DNA from: an uncultured Candidatus Sericytochromatia bacterium
Lineage (GTDB): Bacteria > Cyanobacteriota > Sericytochromatia > UBA7694
Length of the DNA: 51,156 nt
Assembly: GCA_964342365.1 (NCBI GenBank)
Contig: CAYFGW010000001.1
Location: 667-51,822 of the forward strand
Direction: 5' to 3'
In this document: positions 27,875 through 38,710 of the stretch, one piece after another
Layout of the letters: every line of letters begins with the position of its first letter
Position numbering within the stretch: position 1 is the stretch's first letter
Program-made: the position numbers and the translations under genes
Notes under the pieces: generated by a model
Seen by the model: only the letters and a program-made list of their open reading frames with translations
Databases searched by the model: none
What the model was told of the DNA's origin: nothing

Positions 27875-29974
27875 TTAGAAGCTGTAGCTGCTGATGATCG
27901 AAAGATCGTGAGCCACAGGGCGGAATTGCCATACGGCATCAGCCAACAGCATGCTGTATTCAGCACGTACATTCAGTGGAGAACCACCGATGTTCATGTA
28001 AGGCATAGAAACGGTTAAACCACCGTCTTTATACAGTTGGTTAGGCGCACCGTTGTCGGTGGACATACCCAGCTGATCGCCTAAAGACTGACGTGCAGAC
28101 AGTACCAGTTTGATATTGTCTTTGCCTTCGCCGAGGTTCAGGAAAGGAATACCGAGGGCTACACCAGCGTTAGCTGCTGCTACGTCGTTGAGGTTGAACA
28201 GACCGTTACGGGTGGCGATGTTGGTACCCAGTTGGATATCAAAGCCGCTGCCGCCGAGGTTGTTGAACAGTAAACCTACAGAGTGACGGTCAAATCCGAT
28301 AAAGGATTTGTTCACACCGACGGTAATACCGAAGTTTTCGTTCCAACCCATGTCCAGAACACCGGAGATTTCTTTACGGCTTCTGCCGGTGAAGTCCAGC
28401 ATAGAGTCGTTCAGGAAGCTCATGGCGTGTACACCCAGACGTACGGGGAAAGCATCTTCGAAGAACATCAGGTCCAGACCTGCAACACCGTAGCCGTCGC
28501 CGTACTGTGAAGGCAGCGCCAGGGTGTTACCCACTAATCCACCACCGCGGCGGTCGAGAGCGGGAAGTACAGAACCGGCAAATACAGCGCGGTCAGCACC
28601 ATTGGTTTGGAAAGCAGCGTCAGAACCGAGAACGGGAGCACCGTTGCTCAGGTTGCCGCTGGCGGCCAGACGACGGTTACCTTGTACAGAACCGTAGTTA
28701 GCACCTACGAAGAATTTACCCCAGCCCCAGCCAGCGTTGAAAGCAGCTGAAGGAGAAGTCACCTGGTTATAGTTGTGGCTGTCAGGGTCAACCATAGAAG
28801 CGTTTAAGCCACCGGCCCAGTAGCGAGAGGCACTATTCATGTAGTTGCCGTCACCGCTCAGAGCGATCTGGTCGCCGCCCCAACCTACTAAACCGTAGCC
28901 ACGACCGACCCAGTTGGGACGACCGAAGTGGTTGGTCAGACGGGTGTTGGGGTTAACTTTATCTCTAAAGTTCATTAAACCTACGCTGAACTCGGCACCT
29001 TTACCCAGGCCCATGTTCATTTCGTCGGCTTCTTCCATGGTGAGATCGGTGTTCATGGCACCCATCATCATGTTGTAGTTGTTGTTGCCAAGGCCCATGG
29101 CCAGGCCTTTTACGTTGCCCAGTTCCAGAGCGGCTTTACGGAAAACGAAGCCAGTGCTTTCGTTGATATTGTGTCCGCCGTTGCCGAAGCTCACGCCGTT
29201 GCTAATAGCGCCACCGAGTTCGAACATGTCGAAAGTGGTGCTCAGCATAGCATTGTCGGTAATCATGGCATCTACATTGATTTGACTGTGTACGCGGAAA
29301 GGTACCAGGTCATCAATGGTTACGTTTTGACGATCGGGCTTACTGAATACTTCAGGAAGGCCGTTGGCGTCACGCTTGAAGTCACCTTTGTTGTTGGTGA
29401 AGTCAGCACCGCTGGTAGAGGTGGTGTTGGCCTGGTCAAACAGGGGAGAATCTGCCTGAGTACCGTCGGTTACATCAATACGGTCGCGATAGCGAACGTT
29501 AACGTTACCGTGAACACGTACGCGCTCTAAAGCAGAAACGCGCTTTTCGAGATCCATCTGGCCTGCTTTGAGCATATCGAGTTCACGTTTGAACTCCATT
29601 TGCAATGCAGACAGTTGACGCAGATCTTCTTTGGTAGCAAAACGAGAGGTGTCTACGTCGCTACCTTTTTTCATGGCGTCCATTTTATCAACGTACTTCA
29701 TGACGTTGTAAAGGGCAGCAGCCATTTCGTAACGGGTCAACGTGCGCTGACCGCGGAATTTTTTGTCAGGATAACCAGCCATAACGCCATACTTGTCTAC
29801 CAGGCTACGAATAGCCTGAGCAGCCCAGTGAGAGCGCTGGAGGTCACCACCGTTTTCAACCAGCAGATCATCATAAGATACTGCAGCTTGTGCTGCGGTA
29901 TTGCTGAGAGCTGTCAGGCCAGAAACGCTAAAAGATGTTGCCAGTGCAAAAAGAGCAACTTTTTGAAGTTTCAT
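27875..29974 (-). CDS. SLH-domain outer-membrane porin (OmpM / cyanobacterial SomA-like architecture)
   Basis: Signal peptide; HWAAQAIRSLVDKYGVMAGYPDKKFRGQRTLTRYEMAAAL; coiled coil; beta-rich region ending in Phe. Confidence 0.85.
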   Translation of the reverse strand: MKLQKVALFALATSFSVSGLTALSNTAAQAAVSYDDLLVENGGDLQRSHWAAQAIRSLVDKYGVMAGYPDKKFRGQRTLTRYEMAAALYNVMKYVDKMDAMKKGSDVDTSRFATKEDLRQLSALQMEFKRELDMLKAGQMDLEKRVSALERVRVHGNVNVRYRDRIDVTDGTQADSPLFDQANTTSTSGADFTNNKGDFKRDANGLPEVFSKPDRQNVTIDDLVPFRVHSQINVDAMITDNAMLSTTFDMFELGGAISNGVSFGNGGHNINESTGFVFRKAALELGNVKGLAMGLGNNNYNMMMGAMNTDLTMEEADEMNMGLGKGAEFSVGLMNFRDKVNPNTRLTNHFGRPNWVGRGYGLVGWGGDQIALSGDGNYMNSASRYWAGGLNASMVDPDSHNYNQVTSPSAAFNAGWGWGKFFVGANYGSVQGNRRLAASGNLSNGAPVLGSDAAFQTNGADRAVFAGSVLPALDRRGGGLVGNTLALPSQYGDGYGVAGLDLMFFEDAFPVRLGVHAMSFLNDSMLDFTGRSRKEISGVLDMGWNENFGITVGVNKSFIGFDRHSVGLLFNNLGGSGFDIQLGTNIATRNGLFNLNDVAAANAGVALGIPFLNLGEGKDNIKLVLSARQSLGDQLGMSTDNGAPNQLYKDGGLTVSMPYMNIGGSPLNVRAEYSMLLADAVWQFRPVAHDLSIISSYSF

Positions 29975-30418
29975 CGCAATAATTCCTCCGAATTATTTAA
30001 ATCAGATAATTTTTGGTAAATATGTACTGGATGTCGTCTCGCAAGACATAAAAAAGTAAGCGTTTGCTGGAGTGTCCGTGTTTCCTCCACCTGATAACCT
30101 GCCATCAATGTTCTACAAAACGGGGCTACATTATTACTACCTAAACTTATAGGTGACGTAAAACAAAGTTCTATGTTCCCTATAAATTGCAATTTAAAGT
30201 ATAAATTTAGATTAAGATTAATTAAAAGCTTAATCCTATGTACACACTTTACAGCATTCCGCTAAGAGTGTCAAAACAACATCTTAAGCGGATTGCATTC
30301 TATTTTCAGGTGTAACGCTTTTCCTTAAGACTTTTCTGTGATGGGAGTCATAAGCCCCACGGGTTCTTTTGAAAAAGGCAGAGCATTTGTGGTATAGAGC
30401 ATAATTTTAACGGATCTT

Positions 30419-31087
30419 TTATGGGTTAAGTTCGCGGTAGCGAGTGGCAATAGCTTTCAGATCCTGCCAGGTGTGCCATTTGGGACTGCCCTTATCGCGG
30501 GAGTCATTTCTTAACAGGTAGGCCGGATGAAAAATGGGCATGCAGTCAATGCCGCGCCAACTTACCCAGGTGCCCCGGCTCCGACTGATGGGTTTTTTAA
30601 TGCCGGTAACTCCCTGAAGGGCCGTAGCGCCGGTCAGTACCAGAATACGCGGCTGAACCCATTCAATTTGTTGTTTTAAATAGTCAAAACAGGCCTGCAT
30701 TTCGGCCACGGTGGGTTTGCGGTTATCCGGTGGACGGCATTTCACCACGTTGGCGATATACACATCGCGCTCACGCTCCAGCTGTACCGCGGCCAGCATT
30801 TTATTTAACAATTGTCCCGAACGGCCCACAAAAGGAACCCCTGACTGGTCTTCATGGTAGCCGGGGCCTTCTCCCACGATCATGATGCGGGCCTCAGGAT
30901 TGCCATCGGAAAAGACGCTGTGGGTTCTTCCGGTGTGCAGCGGACAGGCGACACAGGTTTTACAGGCCTGATGCAAAGCCTTTAGCTTTTGTGTTTTTGC
31001 CTCAGAAGACAGGGTTTCCAGATCGGAAATGTGGGTGGCCGCAGTGGATGGGGTCGCGTCAGGAAATAGGGAAAGCTGATCGTGCAT
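30419..31087 (-). CDS. Uracil-DNA glycosylase, family 4
   Basis: CVACPLH, VGEGPG, PFVGRSG, NVVKCRPPDNR, FHPAYLLR. Confidence 0.93.
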   Translation of the reverse strand: MHDQLSLFPDATPSTAATHISDLETLSSEAKTQKLKALHQACKTCVACPLHTGRTHSVFSDGNPEARIMIVGEGPGYHEDQSGVPFVGRSGQLLNKMLAAVQLERERDVYIANVVKCRPPDNRKPTVAEMQACFDYLKQQIEWVQPRILVLTGATALQGVTGIKKPISRSRGTWVSWRGIDCMPIFHPAYLLRNDSRDKGSPKWHTWQDLKAIATRYRELNP

Positions 31088-31151
31088 AATAAAGGAGTCC
31101 TTTCGCTGAAATCGTAACAGAATACGCAGGGCAATTTGCTACACTAAAGTT

Positions 31152-32273
31152 ATGTCTTCACAAGATTTTAATGACCTGCTGACCGCGTTTTATGCTGATT
31201 TTGCCGAAGAACGCCACGCAGAAGTTTTGCAAAAGGCTAAACACCTTCTTACATATCCTGAAATGATGCTGGCTGAGCCTTTCTACTTTGATCTTCACTT
31301 GTTTTTAAAAACCGCCGTCTCCGCCACTGAAGATCTGACCTGGGCTCAGTCTCCCCGCTACGGAATCTGGCTCTGCTGTGCTCACAGTGCTCATGTTCTG
31401 GGAGACCTTACCTTAGCTATTGACTATTTAGAACAGCTCAAGGCCCAGCAGCGAAATCCCGTTTTATGGCATATTCACGGACGCTGGCTTTACGATGCCG
31501 GGGATCTCGAAGGAGCTTTGAAACTCTGGCAGCAGGCGTTACAAATAGACCCCACCTATCTGCCTGCTTATGAGGATGCCATTACACTGGCCAATGCGGC
31601 CCGGGCTCCTGAACAGGCCTTTCGTTTGATTCAGTGGGCCAGCGATTATCGGATGACGCCACGGCTATTAGAAGAAATGCTCCTGGCCAGTAGCAAGGCG
31701 GAGTACGTGAGTATGCGTTCTTTATTTGTGGAATTGTGTACCTCACACATTGATGAACCCACGCGCGCGCCGCTGGTGCAATTGTTGCAATCGCTCTATG
31801 GGCAAGAAGATTATCACCACAGTGCTTATCTGGGCTTTCATTTATTGCTGGTGTTTCCTGAGGATGAAACCATTCGCGCGCTGTACGTGTTTTCAGCGCT
31901 GTATCAAAAGCAATATGCTCAGTGTTTAAAACTGCTGCTAGACTTGCCAAAAACCGTGCACAACGCCGGTTATTTTTATCAACTGGCGCAGGTTTTTGAA
32001 CAATGGGATATGTCTCTGTTTGCCAGAGAGTTTTTTATTAAGGCCTTACAACACGCTGAGGACAGTCCCGAAACACAAGAGGCCATTAAAACCACGTATT
32101 ATCAAATTCGTTCTCAGGGATTGAGTGAAGGGGAAAAACTAAAGGCCTTTATTAAAAGAATGGGCGTGGACCAGGCCTTTAAACAGCGTTTTAGACGAGA
32201 CTTTGAAAAAACCTTGCAGCAGTATCATATTGTGCCCGGCCCTGCCTGGGAGCGCCTGCGTCAAATCATGTGA
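31152..32273 (+). CDS. TPR-like helical repeat protein
   Basis: WHIHGRWLYDAGDLEGALKLWQQALQIDP. Confidence 0.7.
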   Translation: MSSQDFNDLLTAFYADFAEERHAEVLQKAKHLLTYPEMMLAEPFYFDLHLFLKTAVSATEDLTWAQSPRYGIWLCCAHSAHVLGDLTLAIDYLEQLKAQQRNPVLWHIHGRWLYDAGDLEGALKLWQQALQIDPTYLPAYEDAITLANAARAPEQAFRLIQWASDYRMTPRLLEEMLLASSKAEYVSMRSLFVELCTSHIDEPTRAPLVQLLQSLYGQEDYHHSAYLGFHLLLVFPEDETIRALYVFSALYQKQYAQCLKLLLDLPKTVHNAGYFYQLAQVFEQWDMSLFAREFFIKALQHAEDSPETQEAIKTTYYQIRSQGLSEGEKLKAFIKRMGVDQAFKQRFRRDFEKTLQQYHIVPGPAWERLRQIM

Positions 32274-32323
32274 GAGCCCGTGTTATCATAAAGCAGTAGA
32301 AGTCCCCAAGGAGTCCGCCCACC

Positions 32324-32806
32324 GTGTTAAAAAAAGTCGTTCTTCTCTTTAGTTCTCTCCTGCTTTTTGTGAGCTGTGGAGGTGATCCCGAAACCAATGA
32401 TCTCAAACGCTATGTGACCTCAGATTTGTATAATATTCGTACCCATTTACGGGCTGCTACCCACCAGTACGAAAGCAGCATGAGCAAAAACGAAAAAGCC
32501 CGTGCCGATTTGATTCGCACCAAAGTGGTTTATCAGTACGATAAGTATTTGCAGGGATTAGCTGCCATTAAAACCGATACCGCCATGGTAGATGCCCTTA
32601 ATGAAGAGGGTATTGAGAGTGTGGAATCCACTATTTCTAATCTTGAAAAATACCGCAAAATTGCGCTTCGTGGTAATGCCCACCAGACGCTCAGAGCCCG
32701 TACCGACGCCGAAAACGCAATGAAGTCTGTGAAGCGCTGGCAAAAGCGTGTCTGGGAAGCGGCCCGCGCCAGAGATATTTCTGTGCCTGAAGACGTGAGT
32801 CGCTAA
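32324..32806 (+). CDS. Putative lipoprotein
   Basis: GTG start with AAGGAG; lipobox FVS-C. Confidence 0.75.
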   Translation: MLKKVVLLFSSLLLFVSCGGDPETNDLKRYVTSDLYNIRTHLRAATHQYESSMSKNEKARADLIRTKVVYQYDKYLQGLAAIKTDTAMVDALNEEGIESVESTISNLEKYRKIALRGNAHQTLRARTDAENAMKSVKRWQKRVWEAARARDISVPEDVSR

Positions 32807-32811
32807 ACTTT

Positions 32812-35019
32812 ATGACAGAGGAAGAGTTTGTTCCACCGGGCTTTATTTCCGAAGACGAGGAAATTATTGCCGACTTTATTGTGGAAGCCCGCGAATTCTT
32901 AGAACAGCTGGATCAGGACCTGGTGGATCTGGAGCAAGCTCCGGAAAATCTGGACTTGCTGGATAGTATTTTTCGCGCCGTGCACACCATCAAGGGCAAC
33001 TCTTCCTTTTTAGGCTTTGATAAGCTCACGCGCTTTACGCACCAGCTGGAAAATGTGCTGGATAAGTTGCGCAGCGGCCAGATGGCGGTGACCGCCGAAA
33101 TTATGGACCTGATTCTGGCGGGTACTGACAAAATTACCGAGCTGATTGACAATCTCAAAGATGAGTCGGTGGTAGACGTCAGTGCGGTGCTTGAAAAGCT
33201 AAACCACGTGCTGACGGCCTCTGAACAGCCCACGGTGGTGCACCATGACGATGATGATGACGAAATGGCTGAAATCATTGATGATTTTATTGTGGAATCC
33301 GGTGAGTTTTTAGAACAGCTGGACCAGGATTTGATCAATCTGGAACAATCCCCCGAAGATCTGGACTTGTTGAACGATATTTTCAGGCCCGTCCACACCA
33401 TTAAAGGCAATGCCTCTTTTCTGGGCTTTGAAAAACTGACCCACTTTACCCACCAGCTCGAAAATTTATTAGATAAATTGCGCAGCGGCGATATGCCTGT
33501 AGACACCCTGGTGATGGATCTGGTGCTGGACGGTGTGGATCGCATCAAGCTCTTACTTGAGAATTTGCGTCATGAAGACACCGTGGACACCAGCGATTTG
33601 CTCCTCCGCTTACAACAGCTGCTGGATCCCGATGCGGCTGTAACTGCCAGCGCTACTCCTGCAGCACCTTCTCCTTCTGCCTCTCCAGCGGTGGAGTCCG
33701 TAGCGGCTTCCGCTGAGCCCCCTTCAGAAACGCCGCCTCCGGTTGCTGCTCCCGTGCCCGTAAAAGCACCTGCTCCCCCCAAACCCAAACCCCCTCAAAA
33801 ATCGCGCCGCAAGGACAATGAAGAACAAACCATTCGCGTGGACGTAGAACGGTTGGATGCGTTAATGAATCTGGCGGGCGAACTGGTAATCGCCAAAAAC
33901 CGTTTGCAGCAGTTTAGCCAATTGTTTGACGAAATGCATGGCGATAGCGAACTCAACGAATCCCTGATGTTTACCCAGTCGCTGATTAGCTATATCACCG
34001 GACAATTCCAGGAAGCGGTCATGAAAACCCGCATGCTCCCCATTCGCAAGGTGTTCAGTAAAATACCGCGCCTGATTCGAGATTTGTCACGGGACACCAA
34101 AAAGCAGGTGGAGTTGACCGTTGAAGGGGAAGATACGGAACTGGATAAATCCGTGATTGAGTACATTGGCGATCCGCTGGTGCATATTATTCGTAACGCC
34201 GTGGATCACGGTCTTGAGTACCCCCATGAGCGGGAAGCCACGGGCAAAAATCCGCAGGGCCACGTATTGCTAAGGGCTTATTCTGAAGGCAACTATATTA
34301 TTATTGAAATCAAAGACGACGGCCGGGGCATGGACCCCATGAAAATTTTTAATAAGGCCGTGGAAAAAGGCCTGGTGCCCGCCGAAAAAGCCAACGTACT
34401 CAGCCCTGGCGAAATGCTCGACTTTATTTTTGCCCCCGGTTTTTCTACCGCTGAAAAAGTATCCAGCATTTCCGGGCGGGGCGTGGGCATGAATGTGGTC
34501 AAAGAAAACATCATGAAGCTCGACGGACTGATTGAAATCGACAGCGCCGTGGGACAGGGCACCGTATTCAAAATTCAGCTGCCGCTCACCATGGCCATTG
34601 TGCCCGCATTGATGGTGTCCGTGGCCAACGCCACCTACGCGATTCCTCTGAACAACGTGGGAGAAACTCTCGTGGTGGAGCCCAAAGATATTTACCATAT
34701 GGATCAGCGCCAGATGATTCATTTACGAGATCGCGTGGTCTCACTGGTGCACCTGAGCGAAATTCTGGGAGAACCCCCGGCCCCTGAACAGGACAAATAC
34801 TACGTGATTATTGTCGGTGTGGCTGAGCAGCGGGTGGGCCTGATCGTGGATCATTTGCAGGGCCAGGAAGAAGTGGTGATCAAAACCCTGGGCGAATTCT
34901 TTGAAGATATTCACCATATTGCCGGGGCGACCATTATGGGCGATGGTTCCGTCGTACTTATTTTGAACATTGGCAATGTCTTACAATACATCAATCGCAA
35001 ACCTGCCTTTACTGCCTGA
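32812..35019 (+). CDS. cheA: Chemotaxis kinase CheA with two HPt domains
   Basis: Two VHTIKG motifs; TIRVDVERLD; HIIRNAVDHG; DDGRG; GFSTA..SGRGVGM; C-terminal CheW-like domain. Confidence 0.94.
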   Translation: MTEEEFVPPGFISEDEEIIADFIVEAREFLEQLDQDLVDLEQAPENLDLLDSIFRAVHTIKGNSSFLGFDKLTRFTHQLENVLDKLRSGQMAVTAEIMDLILAGTDKITELIDNLKDESVVDVSAVLEKLNHVLTASEQPTVVHHDDDDDEMAEIIDDFIVESGEFLEQLDQDLINLEQSPEDLDLLNDIFRPVHTIKGNASFLGFEKLTHFTHQLENLLDKLRSGDMPVDTLVMDLVLDGVDRIKLLLENLRHEDTVDTSDLLLRLQQLLDPDAAVTASATPAAPSPSASPAVESVAASAEPPSETPPPVAAPVPVKAPAPPKPKPPQKSRRKDNEEQTIRVDVERLDALMNLAGELVIAKNRLQQFSQLFDEMHGDSELNESLMFTQSLISYITGQFQEAVMKTRMLPIRKVFSKIPRLIRDLSRDTKKQVELTVEGEDTELDKSVIEYIGDPLVHIIRNAVDHGLEYPHEREATGKNPQGHVLLRAYSEGNYIIIEIKDDGRGMDPMKIFNKAVEKGLVPAEKANVLSPGEMLDFIFAPGFSTAEKVSSISGRGVGMNVVKENIMKLDGLIEIDSAVGQGTVFKIQLPLTMAIVPALMVSVANATYAIPLNNVGETLVVEPKDIYHMDQRQMIHLRDRVVSLVHLSEILGEPPAPEQDKYYVIIVGVAEQRVGLIVDHLQGQEEVVIKTLGEFFEDIHHIAGATIMGDGSVVLILNIGNVLQYINRKPAFTA

Positions 35020-35059
35020 ACGCCGTAAGGGCGCACAGAAACAGAAGAGGAGAGATGTG

Positions 35060-35794
35060 ATGAGCCAACGTAAAGGAACAGCTCTGATAACGGGGGCTGC
35101 CAAACGCTTAGGACGTGCCATGGCCCTGAGTCTGGTGGCGGACGGTTATGATATTGCCCTGCATTACAATACGTCCAAAGAGGAGGCAGAAACCCTCAAA
35201 GACGTACTCGAAGACATGGGAGCACATGTCTATTTATTACAGGGGGATCTGACCGATACCAAAGTTATGGAAAAGCTGGTGTCCCGGGCGGTCAAAGCGG
35301 CCGAACACCCTTTGAATATTTTAATCAACAACGCTTCCGCTTTTTTTCCAAAACCCTTTGCAGACACAGACGCTGAGCTTTTGGACTTCTTTTTCAATAT
35401 TCATCTCAAAGCCCCTTTCTTACTGACTCAAAGCTTTGGAGAACACTGCAAAAATGAAAAAATTCAGGGCAACGTCATTAATTTCACGGACATCCACATT
35501 CAGAAAAACCCCACCAACTACATGGCGTATATCCTTTCTAAAAAATCACTCTCAGACTTCACCGCGTTGGCGGCCAAAGCCCTCGGTCCAGATGTGCGCG
35601 TCAACGCCATTGCCCCCGGACATATTTTGAAGCCCGTGGAAGGCAATGAAGATCAAACGGACAAGGCCCGTAAAAAGGCACCCATGCGTCGCATGGGCAA
35701 CGTGGAAGATATTACCGGCGCCATGTTGAGTTTGTTAAATAATAGCTATCTGACAGGACAAACCCTGTGGGTGGACGGTGGTCTGCGCCTCTGA
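35060..35794 (+). CDS. SDR oxidoreductase (pteridine reductase/FolM-like)
   Basis: TGAAKRLG, INNASAF, YILSK, VNAIAPG; ATG 35060 after GAGGAG. Confidence 0.85.
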   Translation: MSQRKGTALITGAAKRLGRAMALSLVADGYDIALHYNTSKEEAETLKDVLEDMGAHVYLLQGDLTDTKVMEKLVSRAVKAAEHPLNILINNASAFFPKPFADTDAELLDFFFNIHLKAPFLLTQSFGEHCKNEKIQGNVINFTDIHIQKNPTNYMAYILSKKSLSDFTALAAKALGPDVRVNAIAPGHILKPVEGNEDQTDKARKKAPMRRMGNVEDITGAMLSLLNNSYLTGQTLWVDGGLRL

Positions 35795-35851
35795 TAGAGG
35801 TTCCAACTGCGGTAAAATGCCATCAACACATATGTAAAAAAGGACACGACC

Positions 35852-37903
35852 ATGAGCGATTTTTCTCTCTCTGCTGCTCCTGTGGCAGAACCTCGCCCCC
35901 ATGAAACCACCATTCACGGTGAACAACGGGTGGACAATTATCACTGGCTGCGCGAGGACCAAAACCCCGAAGTCATTGCCTACTTAAACGCCGAAAACGA
36001 TTATACCGTCGCCTATATGCAGGACACCGAAGCCCTTCAGGAAGATATTTACAAGGAGCTGGTGACCTATCTGGTGGAAGACGATCAGTCTGTGCCCCGT
36101 AAAAAGGACGACTACTATTACTATACCCGTTCTGCAAAAGGCAAAAATTATCGTATTTACTGCCGCCGTCACGGCAGTCTGGAAGCCCCTGAAGAGATTC
36201 TGCTGGATTTGAATGCGCTGGCCGAAGGCCGCGATTATTTAAGTGTGGGTGTTTTTGAGGTCAGCCCCGATCATAAAATCCTGGCCTACTCGCTGGATTA
36301 CAACGGCAGCGAATCCTACACGGTATTTTTTAAAGACCTGGACAGCAGAGAACTTTTGCCGGATCAGCTGACGGACACCTATTACGATCTGGAATGGTCC
36401 GCCGATAGCAAGCAGGTGCTTTATTGTGTGATTGATGATGCCAATCGCCCTTATAAACTCTTTCGTCACGTGCTGGGCAACGATCCTCGACTGGCACAGG
36501 AAATTCACCATGAAGCAGACGAACGCTTTAATGTGGGCGTGTACAAAACCTCCAGTGAAGACTACTTTATTCTGAACTTGCACAGCAATACCACCACCGA
36601 AAACCATTATATTTCTACCCACGAACCCGAAAGTGCGCCCACGCTGGTGCAAGAGCGGATTCAGCACATGCAGTACAGTGTGGAGCATCACGGTGAAGAT
36701 TTTATTATTCACACCAATCTGGAGGCTCCTGATTTCAGAGTGATGCGCACTTCCATTGCCACCCCCGATAAAGATCACTGGCAACCCATGATTGCCGTAA
36801 AGCAAGATGCCAAGCTGGAGTCGGTGCAGGTGCTCCAGCGTTTTCTGGCGCTCTTGTACCGGACCGATGCCCGCATGCAGCTCATGGCTTATGATTTGCA
36901 AACAAAAGAGGCTGTGGAGGTGCAGTTTCCCGACGCCGTGGCCTCAGTATGGCCCGGGGCAGTGACTGATTTTAACAGCACCACCCTGCGCGTTTCTTAC
37001 GCTTCTCTGGTAACGCCCTGGTCGGTATTTGATGTGGCTCTGGACACCCATGAACTGACCTTGAAAAAGCAGGATAAAATCGAGGGTTATAATCCAGAAG
37101 ACTACACCATGAAGAGGGAATACGCCACTGCTGAAGACGGTACCAAAGTGCCCCTGACGCTGGTGTACCAAAACGGATTTGTACAGGACGGTAGCCAGCC
37201 CGGCTTTTTGTATAGCTATGGTTCTTATGGCATCAGTACCGATCCTGACTTTGATGCCAACGTGATTGCTTTGCTCAAGCGCGGCTTTGTGTACGCGGTG
37301 GCGCATATTCGCGGTGGACAGGAAATGGGACGACAGTGGTATGACAACGGCAAACTCATGAATAAACGCAATACCTTCACAGACTTTATTGCCTGTGCAG
37401 AACATCTGGTGCAGCAAAAGTACACGGCTGCTAAACATCTGGTGATTGAGGGCGGAAGCGCCGGGGGCTTACTCATGGGGGCGGTAACTAACTTGCGCCC
37501 CGATCTCTTCAAAAGCGTGATTGCTGATGTGCCTTTTGTAGACTGCGTTAACACCATGCTGGACGCCAGTTTGCCGCTGACGGTAACAGAGTATGAAGAG
37601 TGGGGCAATCCCAATGAAAAGGCAGCTTATGACTATATCAAGTCCTATTCTCCCTATGACAATGTATCGGCACAGGATTACCCCAATATGATGGTGCTGG
37701 GTGGACTGCACGATCCCCGCGTGAAGTACTGGGAGCCTGCCAAGCTTGTGGCTAAGCTGCGCACCCAAAACACCAGCAGCAACCCCATTTTGCTCAAAAC
37801 CAATATGAGCGCGGGTCACTCTGGTGCTTCAGGACGTTACGATGCCTTAAAAGAAGACGCCTTCAAATATGCCTTTATGCTCAAGAGTATGGATTTACTC
37901 TAG
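35852..37903 (+). CDS. ptrB: Oligopeptidase B (S9A)
   Basis: DNYHWLR, HIRGGQEMG, GGSAGG, DPRVKYWEPAK, GHSGASGR. Confidence 0.93.
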   Translation: MSDFSLSAAPVAEPRPHETTIHGEQRVDNYHWLREDQNPEVIAYLNAENDYTVAYMQDTEALQEDIYKELVTYLVEDDQSVPRKKDDYYYYTRSAKGKNYRIYCRRHGSLEAPEEILLDLNALAEGRDYLSVGVFEVSPDHKILAYSLDYNGSESYTVFFKDLDSRELLPDQLTDTYYDLEWSADSKQVLYCVIDDANRPYKLFRHVLGNDPRLAQEIHHEADERFNVGVYKTSSEDYFILNLHSNTTTENHYISTHEPESAPTLVQERIQHMQYSVEHHGEDFIIHTNLEAPDFRVMRTSIATPDKDHWQPMIAVKQDAKLESVQVLQRFLALLYRTDARMQLMAYDLQTKEAVEVQFPDAVASVWPGAVTDFNSTTLRVSYASLVTPWSVFDVALDTHELTLKKQDKIEGYNPEDYTMKREYATAEDGTKVPLTLVYQNGFVQDGSQPGFLYSYGSYGISTDPDFDANVIALLKRGFVYAVAHIRGGQEMGRQWYDNGKLMNKRNTFTDFIACAEHLVQQKYTAAKHLVIEGGSAGGLLMGAVTNLRPDLFKSVIADVPFVDCVNTMLDASLPLTVTEYEEWGNPNEKAAYDYIKSYSPYDNVSAQDYPNMMVLGGLHDPRVKYWEPAKLVAKLRTQNTSSNPILLKTNMSAGHSGASGRYDALKEDAFKYAFMLKSMDLL

Positions 37904-37912
37904 AACATAAAC

Positions 37913-38629
37913 TTACCAATCAATGGGATTGCGGTCTCTGAAGAATCCGCCGCTGGGACCGTCATCGGGCAGCATAGAAAGCCAGATGGCGGTGTCAGCG
38001 CCCTGATCCACGGTGCGGGTGGCATTTTCGCCGCCCATATCCGTTTGTACCCAGCCCGGGCACATGGCGTTGACTTTCACATTGCCTTCGGCTTCTGCAG
38101 CTACAATACGGGTTAAAGCATTCAATGCGGTTTTAGACACACGATAAGCGGTACTGCCGCCTCCCATGTCGTTCAACTGTCCCATTCCGCTGGAAACGTT
38201 AACAATGCGACCGTAGCCGTTTTTCTGCATCAGCGGCACAGCGGCCTGCATAAGTTGTAACGGACCGTAGACGTTGGTGTTTAGCGTGTCCTGAACAGTT
38301 TTCAATTGGACGTCCATCACGGAAGGGGTTTCCGCGTTGTTGTCCAGAAATACACCGGCATTATTGACCAGTACGTCTAAACGGCCGTATTTTTCTTTGA
38401 TATGCTCCATGGTTTGTTGAATAGAATCGGTGCTATTAACGTCCAGTTCCACCACTTCTACCGTGGGGTTTTCTTCTGAACCTTCAATTTCGGCGGCAGC
38501 GGCCTGACCACTTTCCCGGCTTCGGCTACCCAGGAGCACGTGGAGTCCTTTGGCTGCTAGCTGGCGACAGATTTCTTTACCAATGCCTCGGTTTCCTCCG
38601 GTGACCAGTGCAATACGTTGTTGTGTCAT
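37913..38629 (-). CDS. SDR oxidoreductase (carbonyl reductase-like)
   Basis: TGGNRGIG, NNAG, YRVSK, CPGWVQTDMGG. Confidence 0.9.
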   Translation of the reverse strand: MTQQRIALVTGGNRGIGKEICRQLAAKGLHVLLGSRSRESGQAAAAEIEGSEENPTVEVVELDVNSTDSIQQTMEHIKEKYGRLDVLVNNAGVFLDNNAETPSVMDVQLKTVQDTLNTNVYGPLQLMQAAVPLMQKNGYGRIVNVSSGMGQLNDMGGGSTAYRVSKTALNALTRIVAAEAEGNVKVNAMCPGWVQTDMGGENATRTVDQGADTAIWLSMLPDDGPSGGFFRDRNPIDW

Positions 38630-38710
38630 TTTTTAGCTTCCTTGATTTTTTGATTAGCTTAGCATTTGATCAAATACCCCGCGCGTTTTGCCGTGCTAAA
38701 CTGCTGGTTC

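Noticed and set aside
32913-33548. 211-aa Ser-rich antisense ORF with an internal repeat
   Set aside because: Mirror of the duplicated CheA HPt domains.
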